Positions 32,391 through 45,503 of a stretch of 64,000 bases of DNA are shown here, piece after piece (position 1 is the first letter of the stretch; each line of letters opens with the position of its first letter). The stretch spans positions 184,213,192 to 184,277,191 of the forward strand of contig NC_068982.1 of assembly GCF_001194135.2 (NCBI RefSeq). The letters run 5' to 3'. The notes under the pieces were generated by a model. It did no database searches, was not told where the DNA came from, and saw only the letters and a list, made by a program, of their open reading frames with translations. The stretch is from Octopus bimaculoides (lineage: Eukaryota). A program made the translations under genes and the position numbers.

Positions 32391-32733
32391 ATGGTAATTT
32401 AATTTATCATGACCTGATTTAACTCCACCAGCAGCTGTCTTTAAAGAAACACATGAGAGAGGAAGATTTATTCCGCTGTGGCCCAGGTTAAAATCAAGAC
32501 CAGGTCTTTGAGTGTCCTTAGAAGAGCACATTAGGCTAAAAGAAAAACTTAGCCGGTCATGGTCTACTCTGATGCTACCGCCTGGTCCATTGAAAGCTGT
32601 TGTTGCCAGAGTGAGGAACTTGAACGTATGCTACATTGAAAGCACGCACATGTAGACAGACAGGTAGGTGGGCAGGCCGACAGACAGACAGACAGACAGA
32701 TAGATAGATAGATAGAGAGATAGATAGATAGAG

Positions 32734-32802
<69 letters not shown>

Positions 32803-33207
32803 CACACATACATACTGTATCGAGATGTAGAAATTACTTCAGTGTTAATGTATAAAATAGCATGTTATATACTGTAATGTTATATACTGTATATAATGTT
32901 ATATATACTGTATATAATGTTATATACTGTAATGTTTATATATATATGTATCCCCAGCATGGCCACAGCTCATGAGCTGAAACTAGATAAAAAAATATAT
33001 ATATGTATGTATGTGTGTGTGNNNNNNNNNNTATATATATATATATATATATATATATTGACATATATATATGTTAATATATATATATACCGTACATATT
33101 CAAGTGATAGTCGATCTCATGTAAAAGTCGAACCCCTATTTTGGACCAAAAATTAGATCTCGTGTGTGTGTGTGTGTGTGTGTGTTTTCATATGTTTATA
33201 TATACAA

Positions 33208-33238
<31 letters not shown>

Positions 33239-34098
33239 CACACACACATATAGAGAGGGAGGTTGTTTCTTATGGCCAGTCAGAGAGTGACCATAGGTTT
33301 CGCACCTATAAAGCTTTTAGCTGAATAGGCGACGCATCAGACTCGTAGACTAAAGGTACATAACTTCTCTATAACTGGAAGAAGGAACAAATATTGGTCA
33401 GTTAAGGTTGTAAATAAAAAATTCCGGAACTAAATTCTATTGAGAATAAATCTGGGTGAGGTAGATTTAACCTTCTAAACAATTACTTTTCCCTAGACGG
33501 CAAACAGGGAATTCCATGCTTTTAACATGAATTTCCTCTGATGAAGGCACCGATTAAACATCGCTTTTTTAGGGTTTAAGAAGGCCCCCGAAGCAAGCGA
33601 GTTTTTCAGGATTCTTGCTCTCTCGGTCAAGCAAAGTTTATATCGTTTGCTCTCGTTGAGGTACAGTCTTGGTTGTTTTAAGAGCCTTCCTTTAATAATG
33701 CCTGGTGTACCTTCGTCTTTTGAATGCCATACGCAGCTGACCAGGGATTTGATGTCGCGCCTCTCTGACCAAGACGTGTTCCTTCCTCCAGTTGTGGGAG
33801 GATTATGTGCCCCCGGCTAAAAAATCTGGTGAATCGCCTATACAACTAAGAGTTTTATAGATGGAAAACCAAAGGTCACTCTAAAACAACCATCTAAGTA
33901 TTACCGCTCTAATGTTTCAAGAATAGTTCTTTCCGGATTTATGAACCATTGACCGATTATATGTGGTGTGAGTGTGTATGTATGTATGTATGTATGTATG
34001 TATGTATGTATGTATGTATGTATGTATGTATGTATATATATATATATATGTATGTATGTATGTATATATATATATATATATACATACACATACATACA

Positions 34099-34134
<36 letters not shown>

Positions 34135-34373
34135 CACTGCTGTGAGTTTGAGGAATTTAAACTTATGTTGAGATAAACACATATATAGGCGGGCAGACAG
34201 AAAGACCGACAGACACATACATATATACATACATTCATACATACTATACATACGTACATAATACATACATACATACATACATACATACATACGTACATAC
34301 ATACATACGTACATACATACGTACATACATACATACATACGTACATACATACATACATACGTACATACATACA

Positions 34374-34406
<33 letters not shown>

Positions 34407-34612
34407 CAATGTACATCTCTTGAGTTTTTTCTGAGGCTCTAAACTTGGTATTCTAATTCTGGATTCTTTTGAACGCTGTCGTAAAATGCTCCACGAAAAT
34501 ATATTTCCATGAATCTTCGAATATATCTGTGTGTGAGTGTGTGTGTGTATGTGTGTGTGTGTATGTGTGTGTGTGAGTGAGTGTGTGTGCGTGTATCTGT
34601 GTATGCATAATG

Positions 34613-34649
<37 letters not shown>

Positions 34650-34695
34650 TATTATTATATATACATATAAATATCAATTATCTATCTATCTATCA

Positions 34696-34766
<71 letters not shown>

Positions 34767-35039
34767 TATACACATACCTCTATATGTACATCTATTCAAG
34801 AGCACTAAAGCTTCGGCTTGCTTACGTGTGACATTTTTAGCAGTGTTTCTGGAGACATGAAAGATCACGTGTTTCCGTACGTGAATAGGAAAAAAAATAT
34901 GGCATGTTCTGATTATCATAATGAATAAATATGGGAAACACTTCATTCTTTTTTTAATTTTTTGGTGTGGGGGTGTGATCAATCAAATCACTATGTTCTG
35001 TTTACAAATCATGTTTCGATGTGTTTGCGAATATTTTGA

Positions 35040-35112
35040 ATTATATATTTTCACGCTGCTTTTCTGGTTCAATCGTCAAAATAATGAGTTATATTTCACT
35101 GTACATATGTAC

Positions 35113-35143
<31 letters not shown>

Positions 35144-35307
35144 TGTATGTATGTATGTATGCATGCATGTAAGTATGTATGTATGTATGTATGTATGTAT
35201 GTATGTATGTATGTATGTATGCATGTATGTATCTATGCATGTATGTAGTGAAATATAACTCATTATTCTGACGAGTGAACCAGAAAAGCAGCTTGAAAAT
35301 ATATAAT
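35040..35307. repeat. 61-bp inverted repeat (3 mismatches) enclosing a (TATG)n spacer
   Basis: 35040-35100 matches the reverse complement of 35247-35307; the spacer 35101-35246 is (TATG)n. Confidence 0.9.
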
Positions 35308-35343
35308 GAGAAATATTAGAAAATGGGCGTGGCTGTGTGGTAA

Positions 35344-35560
35344 CTTATTCTCTGTAAGCCTAGTATTTATTCTATCGCTCTCTTTGCCGAGCCGCTATGT
35401 TACAGGGACGTAAACACACCAACATCAGTTGTCAAGCGATGGTGGGGGACAAACACAGACGCACAAACATATATACGACGGGCTTCTTTTAGTTTCCGTC
35501 TACCAAATCCGCTCACAAAATTTTGGTCGGCCCGAGGCTATAGTTGAAGACGCTTGCGCA
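35344..35560 (-). mobile_element. SINE family C, partial
   Basis: Matches the reverse complement of 40631-40870. Confidence 0.8.
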
Positions 35561-35657
35561 TACGCACCTCTCCCCCCCCCACACACATCTGAGCGCATAG
35601 GGGCAAAACAAGATAGAGAAAAATGTAGAGTGAAATTTAGTTTTATAGAAGCTGCAC

Positions 35658-35692
<35 letters not shown>

Positions 35693-36557
35693 TACGCACA
35701 CATACACTTACACACACATGCGTATACATACATACATACATACATACATACATGCATACATAATACTTACCTACCTACTTACCTACCTACATACACACAT
35801 ACATACATACATACATACGTAAATACATACATACATACATACATACATACATGCATACATACATACATACATACATACATACATACATACATACATACAT
35901 ACATAGACTAATCCGATATTTAATTCCAATGTAATATCGAGGAAGTCAACTGCATCAATCGGCCAATATTCTTTAAAAAAATTTCCTTTACTTCTTCCTA
36001 GTCCTATGTATTTCTACTTTACTATACTTGCTAACAGAGAAAAATGCGTCGTTCCTATACAGGCCACCCAAGAGATTCACGAAATCTTTATACAAATTAC
36101 GCAATATATATACTCACCCGGCGGGGTGTTGTTATATAAATAAATTGTTGAGTTAGGTAATATAATAAAACACATCATATGTTCTATACCATTATATCAT
36201 ACACGAAATTTGATTATTACCCAATATTCTTTGGGAGGAGGAATGGCACGGTCGTTAGAGCAGCGGAGAAAAATGCTTTGAAGTATTTCGTCTGATTCTC
36301 TGCGTTCTTCATTCAACTCAGCTTTTCCGTTCATCCTTCTGCAGTCGATAAAATGAAAATATCAATCAAGTGCTAATACCAATATAATTGATTGTTCATT
36401 TCTCCCAAAATTTGAGGCTTTATGCCTTATCTATCAAACCAATACTATTCTACATTACGGAATATATTACCTAACCTTACAACATATACTACATGATATT
36501 ACATCATCATACTACGCTACACTTCATTACACAATATATTACATTATATGATTGGTT

Positions 36558-36800
36558 GCGTGGAGGCGCGTGGCTTAGTGGGGCTTAGTGGTTAGGGTGT
36601 TGGACTTACGATCATAAGATTGTGGTTTCAATTCCCTGATTAGGCGACGAGTTGTGTTCCTGAGCAAAACACTTCATTTCACGTTGCTCCAGTCCATTCA
36701 GCTGGCAAAAACGAGTAATCCTGCGATGGACCGGCGTCCCGTCTAAACGCCAAAGAAACTGGGAAACCGGCCCGATGAGTCAATACGATTCGGGAAGGAT
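36558..36800 (+). mobile_element. tRNA-derived SINE (family B head, alternative body)
   Basis: GTGGAGGCGCGTGGCTTAGTGG(GGCTTAGTGG)TTAGGG head with a small internal duplication; body shared with 61390-61532. Confidence 0.75.
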
Positions 36801-36959
36801 CTTTGATTGTCTCCTATACGATTGGTTGTACGGCACTGCATTATAATACTACACTATATCACTCTTGTACTATACTATACTATACTATACTATACTATAT
36901 TATGCCAGTGTGACAGATTGTTAACAGTAGGCTACATAACAGCTGCCGTAAATTTGCTA

Positions 36960-37500
36960 CTCCTTTATTGGCAGGATAAAGTCCCAGGCACTGAAATCCT
37001 CAATCACGTGTTGCTACCCAGCATCCACACCCACTTATATGTTGTGTTTTATGCTGATGTACTCAGAGACATTCTTGACCGCATCCAGAAAACTGCTACA
37101 CGGCGGATTAGCATTAAGACACTGAGAGATATACTCCAACCTCAGCTTTACAGATGAACTGTCTCATCGATCCGTCTTTGTTACTGTTATGCTGCTACAG
37201 TATTCCTCTTGAAACCGGATGGCTTTGTGTCACCTCTATCCTGGCACTCCCAATATACCCTTTTATTTTTATCCCTTTATCACTCATGTTGTCTCAAATC
37301 CTCACTGACCTCGCATTCCTCACTACACTAATTATTACACTCAGTCCTTTCTCCCTTCTGTAATTCTTACCTTACTCAAATCTTTCTTGCCATTATCGAC
37401 AACTACACGTTTAAGCGGAATGTTAATGGCATCAATCTTACTGATTTCAGAAGACCTGCAAAGACTATTTATACTGCTTCTCCTTCCAGATTTAAAAAAA
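36960..37500 (+). mobile_element. CR1/Jockey-like LINE 3' region relic
   Basis: ILDRIQKTATRRI...LQP...R.TVSSIRLCYCY corresponds to the LDRIQ.RA.R...L.HRR.V.SL..FY segment of these RT C-termini. Confidence 0.6.
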
Positions 37501-37665
37501 AAAGTGTGACATCGAATCAAAGCAGCCAGAAGTTGTGGAACTAAACTAAAGAGAAGGCTGAGAAATTCAGAATTGGCGGCACACTGGCAAAAAATGGACC
37601 TCTGAGGTATTTCCTGACACATCCATGAGTGATGCCATAGTTATTACTTATATGAATGGATAAAG

Positions 37666-37797
37666 CGGTGAGCTGACAGAATCGTTAGCAGCATTTCTTC
37701 CGACCCTTAGGTTATGGGATCAAATTCCGTGGAGGTTGACTTTGCCATGCTCCACTCAAAATTGCTGGCCTTGTACCAAAATTTAGAACTATTATCA
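37666..37797 (+). mobile_element. SINE family A, internally deleted copy
   Basis: GGTGAGCTGACAGAATCGTTAGC head and CAAAATTGCTGGCCTTGTACC tail. Confidence 0.7.
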
Positions 37798-38763
37798 ATA
37801 TGAATTGAAGAACAAAAGATAATATCGTATCACACTAGTGGACAATATCACACAGTACTACATTACACTGCATCGAACCACATTACGCCATTCTACGCTA
37901 TTATATGCCGCACTGTGCTACTCAAAATCTCTGGCGGTGGATTGGAAGAATCAGAAGAACTTCGCTAAAAGTTACCTGTCAGCGTTTTACTTTCAGAGTT
38001 CAAATCCCACTGAGGTCAGCTTTGCTTTTCAACGTCCCGAAATCAACAAGATAAGGAACATACCAAGTAGTGGGGTTAATATAATCGACTGTTCCATTTC
38101 TTTCATTTTTGGCTTCATGCCTGTATTACAAACAATTATTATTGCTTTTATTTAACCCAAGGTCAGCAATAATCGAGTAGTTCGATGATCAAAGCCGTCC
38201 CAGCCATGACCTGATCATCTCGTCTTTTATCCAAGCAATGTATTTTTTTTCTTCTTAAATGTGACATTGAGAAAATTTAGCTACTATTTCTAGGATGGCT
38301 TATTGGTTGGTTTCTGTATTAAGGAAGTTTCGCGTTTCGGATCATAGACGAAACAAACCTCTGTGGTTGTGATGTAGATAATATAATGATTAGCACTACT
38401 ATAATTAATACTACGATAATTAGTACTACTAATAATAACGTTCTCGTGGGAATGTGATTAGCTCATATCAGATATGTGTTTTATTTGAATAGAATCACGA
38501 CTCACGCAATGAATATCGGTATGAAATGCTCTATTTACTGTCCTTGATAATGATAAATTCTACAAGTGCCTTGGAATTGAAGAAAATGTGAGCCATGTGT
38601 GGCTTCTTGTAATGCCATCGCTGTCTTTCGCAACTGTCTTTTGTTGCCTTCATACTATTCAGACATATTGGGTTTCTGGCTTTAAAGAGCGTGTTATGTC
38701 AAGAGAAATTAAAATACATTTCTAGATATATTGTAAACTTCGAAACCTAAATCAAGCCGAAGC

Positions 38764-38814
<51 letters not shown>

Positions 38815-39589
38815 GGGCTGTTGTTGTTGTTGATGATTTTGTTTCGTCCTATGCCATTCTTCATCCAGTAGATTAAGATCTGAAATATTTCAGACGGGAC
38901 CATCCGGTTATATAAATATAAATATANNNNNNNNNNNNNNNNNNNNNNNNNNNNNNNNNNNNNNNNNNNNNNNNNNNNNNNNNNNNNNNNNNNNNNNNNN
39001 NNNNNNNNNNNNNNNNNNNNNNNNNNNNNNNNNNNNNNNNNNNNNNNNNNNNNNNNNNNNNNNNNNNNNNNNNNNNNNNNNNNNNNNNNNNNNNNNNNNN
39101 NNNNNNNNNNNNNNNNNNNNNNNNNNNNNNNNNNNNNNNNNNNNNNNNNNNNNNNNNNNNNNNNNNNNNNNNNNNNNNNNNNNNNNNNNNNNNNNNNNNN
39201 NNNNNNNNNNNNNNNNNNNNNNNNNNNNNNNNNNNNNNNNNNNNNNNNNNNNNNNNNNNNNNNNNNNNNNNNNNNNNNNNNNNNNNNNNNNNNNNNNNNN
39301 NNNNNNNNNNNNNNNNNNNNNNNNNNNNNNNNNNNNNNNNNNNNNNNNNNNNNNNNNNNNNNNNNNNNNNNNNNNNNNNNNNNNNNNNNNNNNNNNNNNN
39401 NNNNNNNNNNNNNNNNNNNNNNNNNNNNNNNNNNNNNNNNNNNNNNNNNNNNNNNNNNNNNNNNNNNNNNNNNNNNNNNNNNNNNNNNNNNNNNNNNNNN
39501 NNNNNNNNNNNNNNNNNNNNNNNNNNNNNNNNTTTTTTTTTTTTTTTTGCTTTCGTTCATATAAAAGCAAAAATGCTATAATGTTAAGA

Positions 39590-39698
39590 AAGTTAAAGAA
39601 GTGATTTTTCTCTGCAAAATAGGGGTAGTTTATCCTGTTCAGGCTATATTATTAGCATTATCCTGCGTTTGAGAATTTAGAAATCACTTCTTTAACTT
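39590..39698. mobile_element. 109-bp MITE with perfect 18-bp TIRs
   Basis: AAGTTAAAGAAGTGATTT (39590-39607) and AAATCACTTCTTTAACTT (39681-39698); second partial copy at 17518-17606. Confidence 0.75.
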
Positions 39699-40169
39699 CC
39701 TAAGACATCTCAACGCTTCTAAAAGCAAACTTCGTTTGTTTGTTTACGTTTGTCGTAATTTGAATTTAACGTATAATGTTAAGTATCTTTTGAGGAGTTG
39801 AAGAGAAAAGCTATTCTTTAACTTGGGGAATTGTTCGCAAGAAGTAGAAGACGTGAAATGTTTTACAGCTACAGTGGTGCATTTCTTTCTAACATAGCAA
39901 ATCAATCCTCTGCAAATGGCTACAACCAAAAGACAGTAGCCATCATTATTTAGTTTATCTACCATTTAGAAATTTCATGTACAGTGAACAAAGTATCAAA
40001 TACTCAGCAGCCCTGGACATGCCCAAAGATTACTCAAAGGATATCGCATATTTAGGTCTTGTACCAACATGAACTTAACTATGATCTTTTATCTTTTGTT
40101 TTTTTTACTTGATTCAGGCTGTAGCATCGCCTGGAAGAAAATTTTTTTTTAGTTGTATGAGTTGATCCT

Positions 40170-40330
40170 AGTACTTTTGTCTTCTAAGAGCCTAGTACTT
40201 TTTTTTTGTCGGTGTCTTTTGTCGAACGGCGAAGTTCCGGAGACATAACGATACCAGCACCGTTGTGAAGCGATGGTAGGAGACAAACAGACACAAAGAC
40301 AAGTAAACACACACAAACTCATATATATAT
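40170..40330 (-). mobile_element. SINE family C 3' half (degenerate)
   Basis: AGCCTAGTACTT...GCGATGGTAGGAGACAAACAGACAC, reverse complement of 40720-40840. Confidence 0.7.
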
Positions 40331-40348
40331 ATCTATATGTGTGTGTGT

Positions 40349-40424
<76 letters not shown>

Positions 40425-40630
40425 NNNNNNNNNNNNNNNNNNNNNNNNNNNNNNNNNNNNNNNNNNNNNNNNNNNNNNNNNNNNNNNNNNNNNNNNNNNN
40501 NNNNNNNNNNNNNNNNNNNNNNNNNNNNNNNNNNNNNNNNNNNNNNNNNNNNNNNNNNNNNNNNNNNNNNNNNNNNNNNNNNNNNNNNNNNNNNNNNNNN
40601 NNNNNNNNNNNNNNNNNNNNNNNNNNNNNC

Positions 40631-40930
40631 GGCCTGACAAAAGCCTTGTGAGTGGATTTGGTAGATGGAAACTGAAAGAAGCTCGTCGTATATATATATA
40701 TATATATATGCGTATGTGTGTGTGTATTTGTGTGTCTATGTTTGTCCTCCCACCATCGCTTGACAACCGATGTTGGTGCGTTTACGTCGCCGTAAATTAG
40801 TGGTTGGACACAAGAGTCCGATAGAATAAGTACTAGGCTTACAAAGAATAAGTCCTGTAGTCGATTTGTTCCACTAAAGGCGGTGCTCCGGCATGGCCGC
40901 AGTCAAATGACTGAAACAAGTAAAAGAGAC
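40631..40930 (+). mobile_element. SINE family C with internal TA/TG microsatellite
   Basis: AAAGCCTTGTGAGTGGATTTGGTAG...(TA)n(TG)n...CATCGCTTGACAACCG...GACTGAAACAAGTAAAAGAG. Confidence 0.85.
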
Positions 40931-40947
40931 CTGTCATATATACATAC

Positions 40948-40984
<37 letters not shown>

Positions 40985-40985
<1 letters not shown>

Positions 40986-41137
40986 GACAGGTTTCTTTCA
41001 GTTTCCGTCTACCAAATCCACTCGCAAGATTCTGGCAGGCCAGAGGCTATTGTAAGAAGATACTTGCCCAAGGTGCCACGCAGTGGGACGGAACCCGGAA
41101 CCATGTGGTTGGGAAGCAAGCTTCTTACCACACAGCC
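40985..41137 (-). mobile_element. SINE family C head
   Basis: Reverse complement of the head at 56352-56470. Confidence 0.8.
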
Positions 41138-42939
41138 CCAGCATGGCCACAGTCTAACGGCTGTAACAAGTAAAAGATAAAAAGTAAAGTAAAAGATACA
41201 CACGCACACACACAGTGGCATGTGCATATACACACATATTTGCATACCTACACACATACATAAATGCATACATAGACGTACATATGTTAATGCATATATG
41301 CATACAAATGTGCATAATACACAGAGACTTACATACCCACACATACACGCATTAACTTGTGCGTACATACCACCTGATCTATATACATGCGTGACAACGT
41401 TATTATGCATCCACGTCACACACACACACACACACACACGCACGAGCACATACACGCATGCACATATGTGTGTGCGTATGTGTAACTGAATCTACACATA
41501 TTTAATTATATCTGTAAAAAGATGATTTATCCAGTACATTGGTTGATTCCTGTTTTAAAGATATAGTCTTGACGTATTCTATAAAATTATATATTTATAT
41601 CCGGTGTACGCATCTGAGGCAGTATCTAATTAAGATAGCCATCTATGTATCATACTTAATGTATATATACTCCGTTGACAGGCTATGTACTTTTGTTTTC
41701 GTCCGAGACAAAAGTTTCATAGACGTGCAATGTTAAAAACAATATATATCTGAGGGAATCGAAAAATAGTTCCGGCAACGGCTAGCGTGAACTCTAGATT
41801 GCATTTTAGCCTTTTTCAAACCTTGTCAATGGATGTGTTCTCACAGCGGCTGCGAAATGCATCTAACGTTTCTGCTAAGCAGCTACCGGTTCAATTTTTC
41901 GTCTCCCTCTGAAATATAATTCTATTTTTAACACAGCACGTCTTTAAGAGATTTTATCTTGAACGAAAATCCCAGTGTATTGTATGTGAACAATGTATAT
42001 ACATTAAGTTTGAAAAATAAATGGCTATCGTGTGCAACGAATTTTTATTCAGCTCAGCAGCTATTGGCAATGTCAGTGAATGTATTGACCACTGTTTCCT
42101 ATCAATATCGGTGGTGACAGATTTCATTTATGCATGTGACGGTATGTACATGTCATTGACAAGGCCCAATGATTGGTTGTTCCTTGATGAAAACGCTTTC
42201 ATTTTACACATTCTTCGCATCATCTCAGACATACATTTCAGTTGAAGTGGTTTTAGTTTCCAACGACACTTTCTTTTCCCATAGCTACCAATATGTCTTG
42301 GATACATTTTATCAGCGTTGTTGGAGTTGAGCTAACATATCCATGTTTCTCTTATGGTCAGCTCTATGTTGCAAATTTACTTGTTGAGTCGAGCGGATAT
42401 CTTTTCATCAGATCATTAATCCGCAATACAAGAAAGGTTGTTCGTCATTGAGCTCTTGCTAAAAAGAAGAAGAAAAAAAAGAATATAAAATAAAAGAAAC
42501 ATTTGTAATAAAATTACTTCTGTTTTATGTGTTGCATTTCAATTCAGAATGGCAAGAAAATACAGAAAGTAAAACAAAATGATAGCATTTAGTTAACTCA
42601 CAAAAATATAATCACCAATAAAAGCAGAAACTCAAAAAGCTTCCTACATCATAGAATCCTGAAAAATTCAACGATAAGCATGTTGCAATACAATAAAACG
42701 TATGCAAGAGAAATTACATAGTAAAATCATAGAAAAAGCTGCTATAAGTTAAAACATTTAATATTAATAACAACACAAAATTAATAATAAATGATACATA
42801 TTTGGCACCTGGACAATGGCGAATACCTCAGCTAATATATATATAGATTTATTCAAATATTACAAGTTGCATTTAACCATTTTCGCCATTTTTGGCCTTT
42901 TTCACCTTTTTCTTTATTTAAAGCAACCGATTTTCCAGA

Positions 42940-43515
42940 GGTCAATATCTGGTGTGGTGTGTCATCAAGAGTGCTCACAGGACCATTTTTCTTTGAAGCT
43001 ATTGTTACTGGTCAAGTATACCTAGACATAAAACGTACGTCCATTTGACCTGCCGTACATGAACTTAATGGAAATAATGAATTTTTCTTTCAACAAGACG
43101 GTGCTCTGTCACACAACTGCCGAGACGTGTGACCTTACTTGAACGAGAATTTGCAAGGACATTGGATAGGACGAAGAAATGCAGTTCAGTTCCCAGCACG
43201 TTCTCCACATTTAACAACTGCAAACTTTATTTACGAGGCATACTAAAGTATCGCAGAAAACCGGCTACACTCACGGCCCCTCAGGGAAAAACTGAGACGG
43301 CATGTGCAGCAATCCCACAGGACGCTTTGGCCAGCATTACCCAAGCAGCAGTTCACCTTACTAACAAGTGTCTGGAAGCCACCAGTTTGAGCACCTCTTG
43401 CAACGGTGGATGTTAAAGGTAACTTCTTTTAATCTTGTGTTGTCTGAATAAATTTAGTATTAAAATATTTCGACACATATTTCTTTCACGTGTATATATT
43501 TTTTGGGGCGGACTC
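42940..43515 (+). mobile_element. Tc1/mariner DD41D (rosa/Visitor-type) transposase relic
   Basis: VNIWCGVSS..LTGPFFFE...TGQVYL, QQDGALSH...WIGR...FPARSPHLTTAN-F: 41 residues from the QQD Asp to the last catalytic position (now AAC, Asn). Ends ...FEHLL; stops and frameshifts. Confidence 0.75.
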
Positions 43516-43594
43516 TTCCTCCCTCTCTCTCTCTCCTCCTCTCTTTCTCTCTCTCTCTCTCTCCCCCTCTCTTTCTCTCTCTCTCTCTCTCACA

Positions 43595-44816
43595 CACACA
43601 CATTCTTATACACATAGGTATGTATGCATAAATGATTTCTACAGCTATATATTTACGCACATCACATATATATCTTTCTGTTATGTTTGTGTTGATATAT
43701 GTATATATATATAAGTATATGCATTTGTTTATTATATATGCACATTACACACATACACACACACACATTCTTATACACATAGGTATGTATGCATAAATGA
43801 TTTCTACAGCTATATATTTACGCACATCACATATATATNNNNNNNNNNNNNNNNNNNNNNNNNNNNNNNNNNNNNNNNNNNNNNNNNNNNNNNNNNNNNN
43901 NNNNNNNNNNNNNNNNNNNNNNNNNNNNNNNNNNNNNNNNNNNNNNNNNNNNNNNNNNNNNNNNNNNNNNNNNNNNNNNNNNNNNNNNNNNNNNNNNNNN
44001 NNNNNNNNNNNNNNNNNNNNNNNNNNNNNNNNNNNNNNNNNNNNNNNNNNNNNNNNNNNNNNNNNNNNNNNNNNNNNNNNNNNNNNNNNNNNNNNNNNNN
44101 NNNNNNNNNNNNNNNNNNNNNNNNNNNNNNNNNNNNNNNNNNNNNNNNNNNNNNNNNNNNNNNNNNNNNNNNNNNNNNNNNNNNNNNNNNNNNNNNNNNN
44201 NNNNNNNNNNNNNNNNNNNNNNNNNNNNNNNNNNNNNNNNNNNNNNNNNNNNNNNNNNNNNNNNNNNNNNNNNNNNNNNNNNNNNNNNNNNNNNNNNNNN
44301 NNNNNNNNNNNNNNNNNNNNNNNNNNNNNNNNNNNNNNNNNNNNNNNNNNNNNNNNNNNNNNNNNNNNNNNNNNNNNNNNNNNNNNNNNNNNNNNNNNNN
44401 NNNNNNNNNNNNNNNNNNNNNNNNNNNNNNNNNNNNNNNNNNNNNNNNNNNNNNNNNNNNNNNNNNNNNNNNNNNNNNNNNNNNNNNNNNNNNNNNNNNN
44501 NNNNNNNNNNNNNNNNNNNNNNNNNNNNNNNNNNNNNNNNNNNNNNNNNNNNNNNNNNNNNNNNNNNNNNNNNNNNNNNNNNNNNNNNNNNNNNNNNNNN
44601 NNNNNNNNNNNNNNNNNNNNNNNNNNNNNNNNNNNNNNNNNNNNNNNNNNNNNNNNNNNNNNNNNNNNNNNNNNNNNNNNNNNNNNNNNNNNNNNNNNNN
44701 NNNNNNNNNNNNNNNNNNNNNNNNNNNNNNNNNNNNNNNNNNNNNNNNNNNNNNNNNNNNNNNNNNNNNNNNNNNNNNNNNNNNNNNNNNNNNNNNNNNN
44801 NNNNNNNNNNNNNNNN

Positions 44817-44848
<32 letters not shown>

Positions 44849-44930
44849 GTATATACATATGTATATATATATAAGTATATGCATTTGTTTATTATATATG
44901 CACATTACACACATACACACACACACATGT
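43595..44930. repeat. About 165-bp tandem repeat unit, probably an array collapsed into the gap
   Basis: CATTCTTATACACATAGG... recurs at 43601 and 43766; ATAAGTATATGCATTTGTTTATT recurs at 43711 and 44871 across the gap. Confidence 0.7.
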
Positions 44931-45001
44931 ATATGTATGTATACATACGCACACACATATATATGTATATATGTATGTATGCATATCTGTCTAACTATCT
45001 A

Positions 45002-45039
<38 letters not shown>

Positions 45040-45049
45040 NNNNNNNNNN

Positions 45050-45091
<42 letters not shown>

Positions 45092-45219
45092 ATGCATATG
45101 CATATTGATATGTATATATATATATATATATATATGTCACACATACACACACATATATACATACACAAGCACACGCATACACATTGACAGACGTGTGCAT
45201 GTATCTATATGTATGTTTA

Positions 45220-45250
<31 letters not shown>

Positions 45251-45447
45251 GTGTGTGTGTGTGTGTGTCTGTCTGTGTGTGTGCGCGCGCCTGCGTGCAT
45301 ATACAGGCTAATCTCACACTCAGGCAGAACGGTGAGGACACGCCCACCCATCTTTCAGAGGGGACAAAAATCACTTGTCAACACGCAACATATATACGGT
45401 TGACTGACCTGAACAGTACTACCCAGAAAACTCTAACAACAACACGG

Positions 45448-45503
<56 letters not shown>

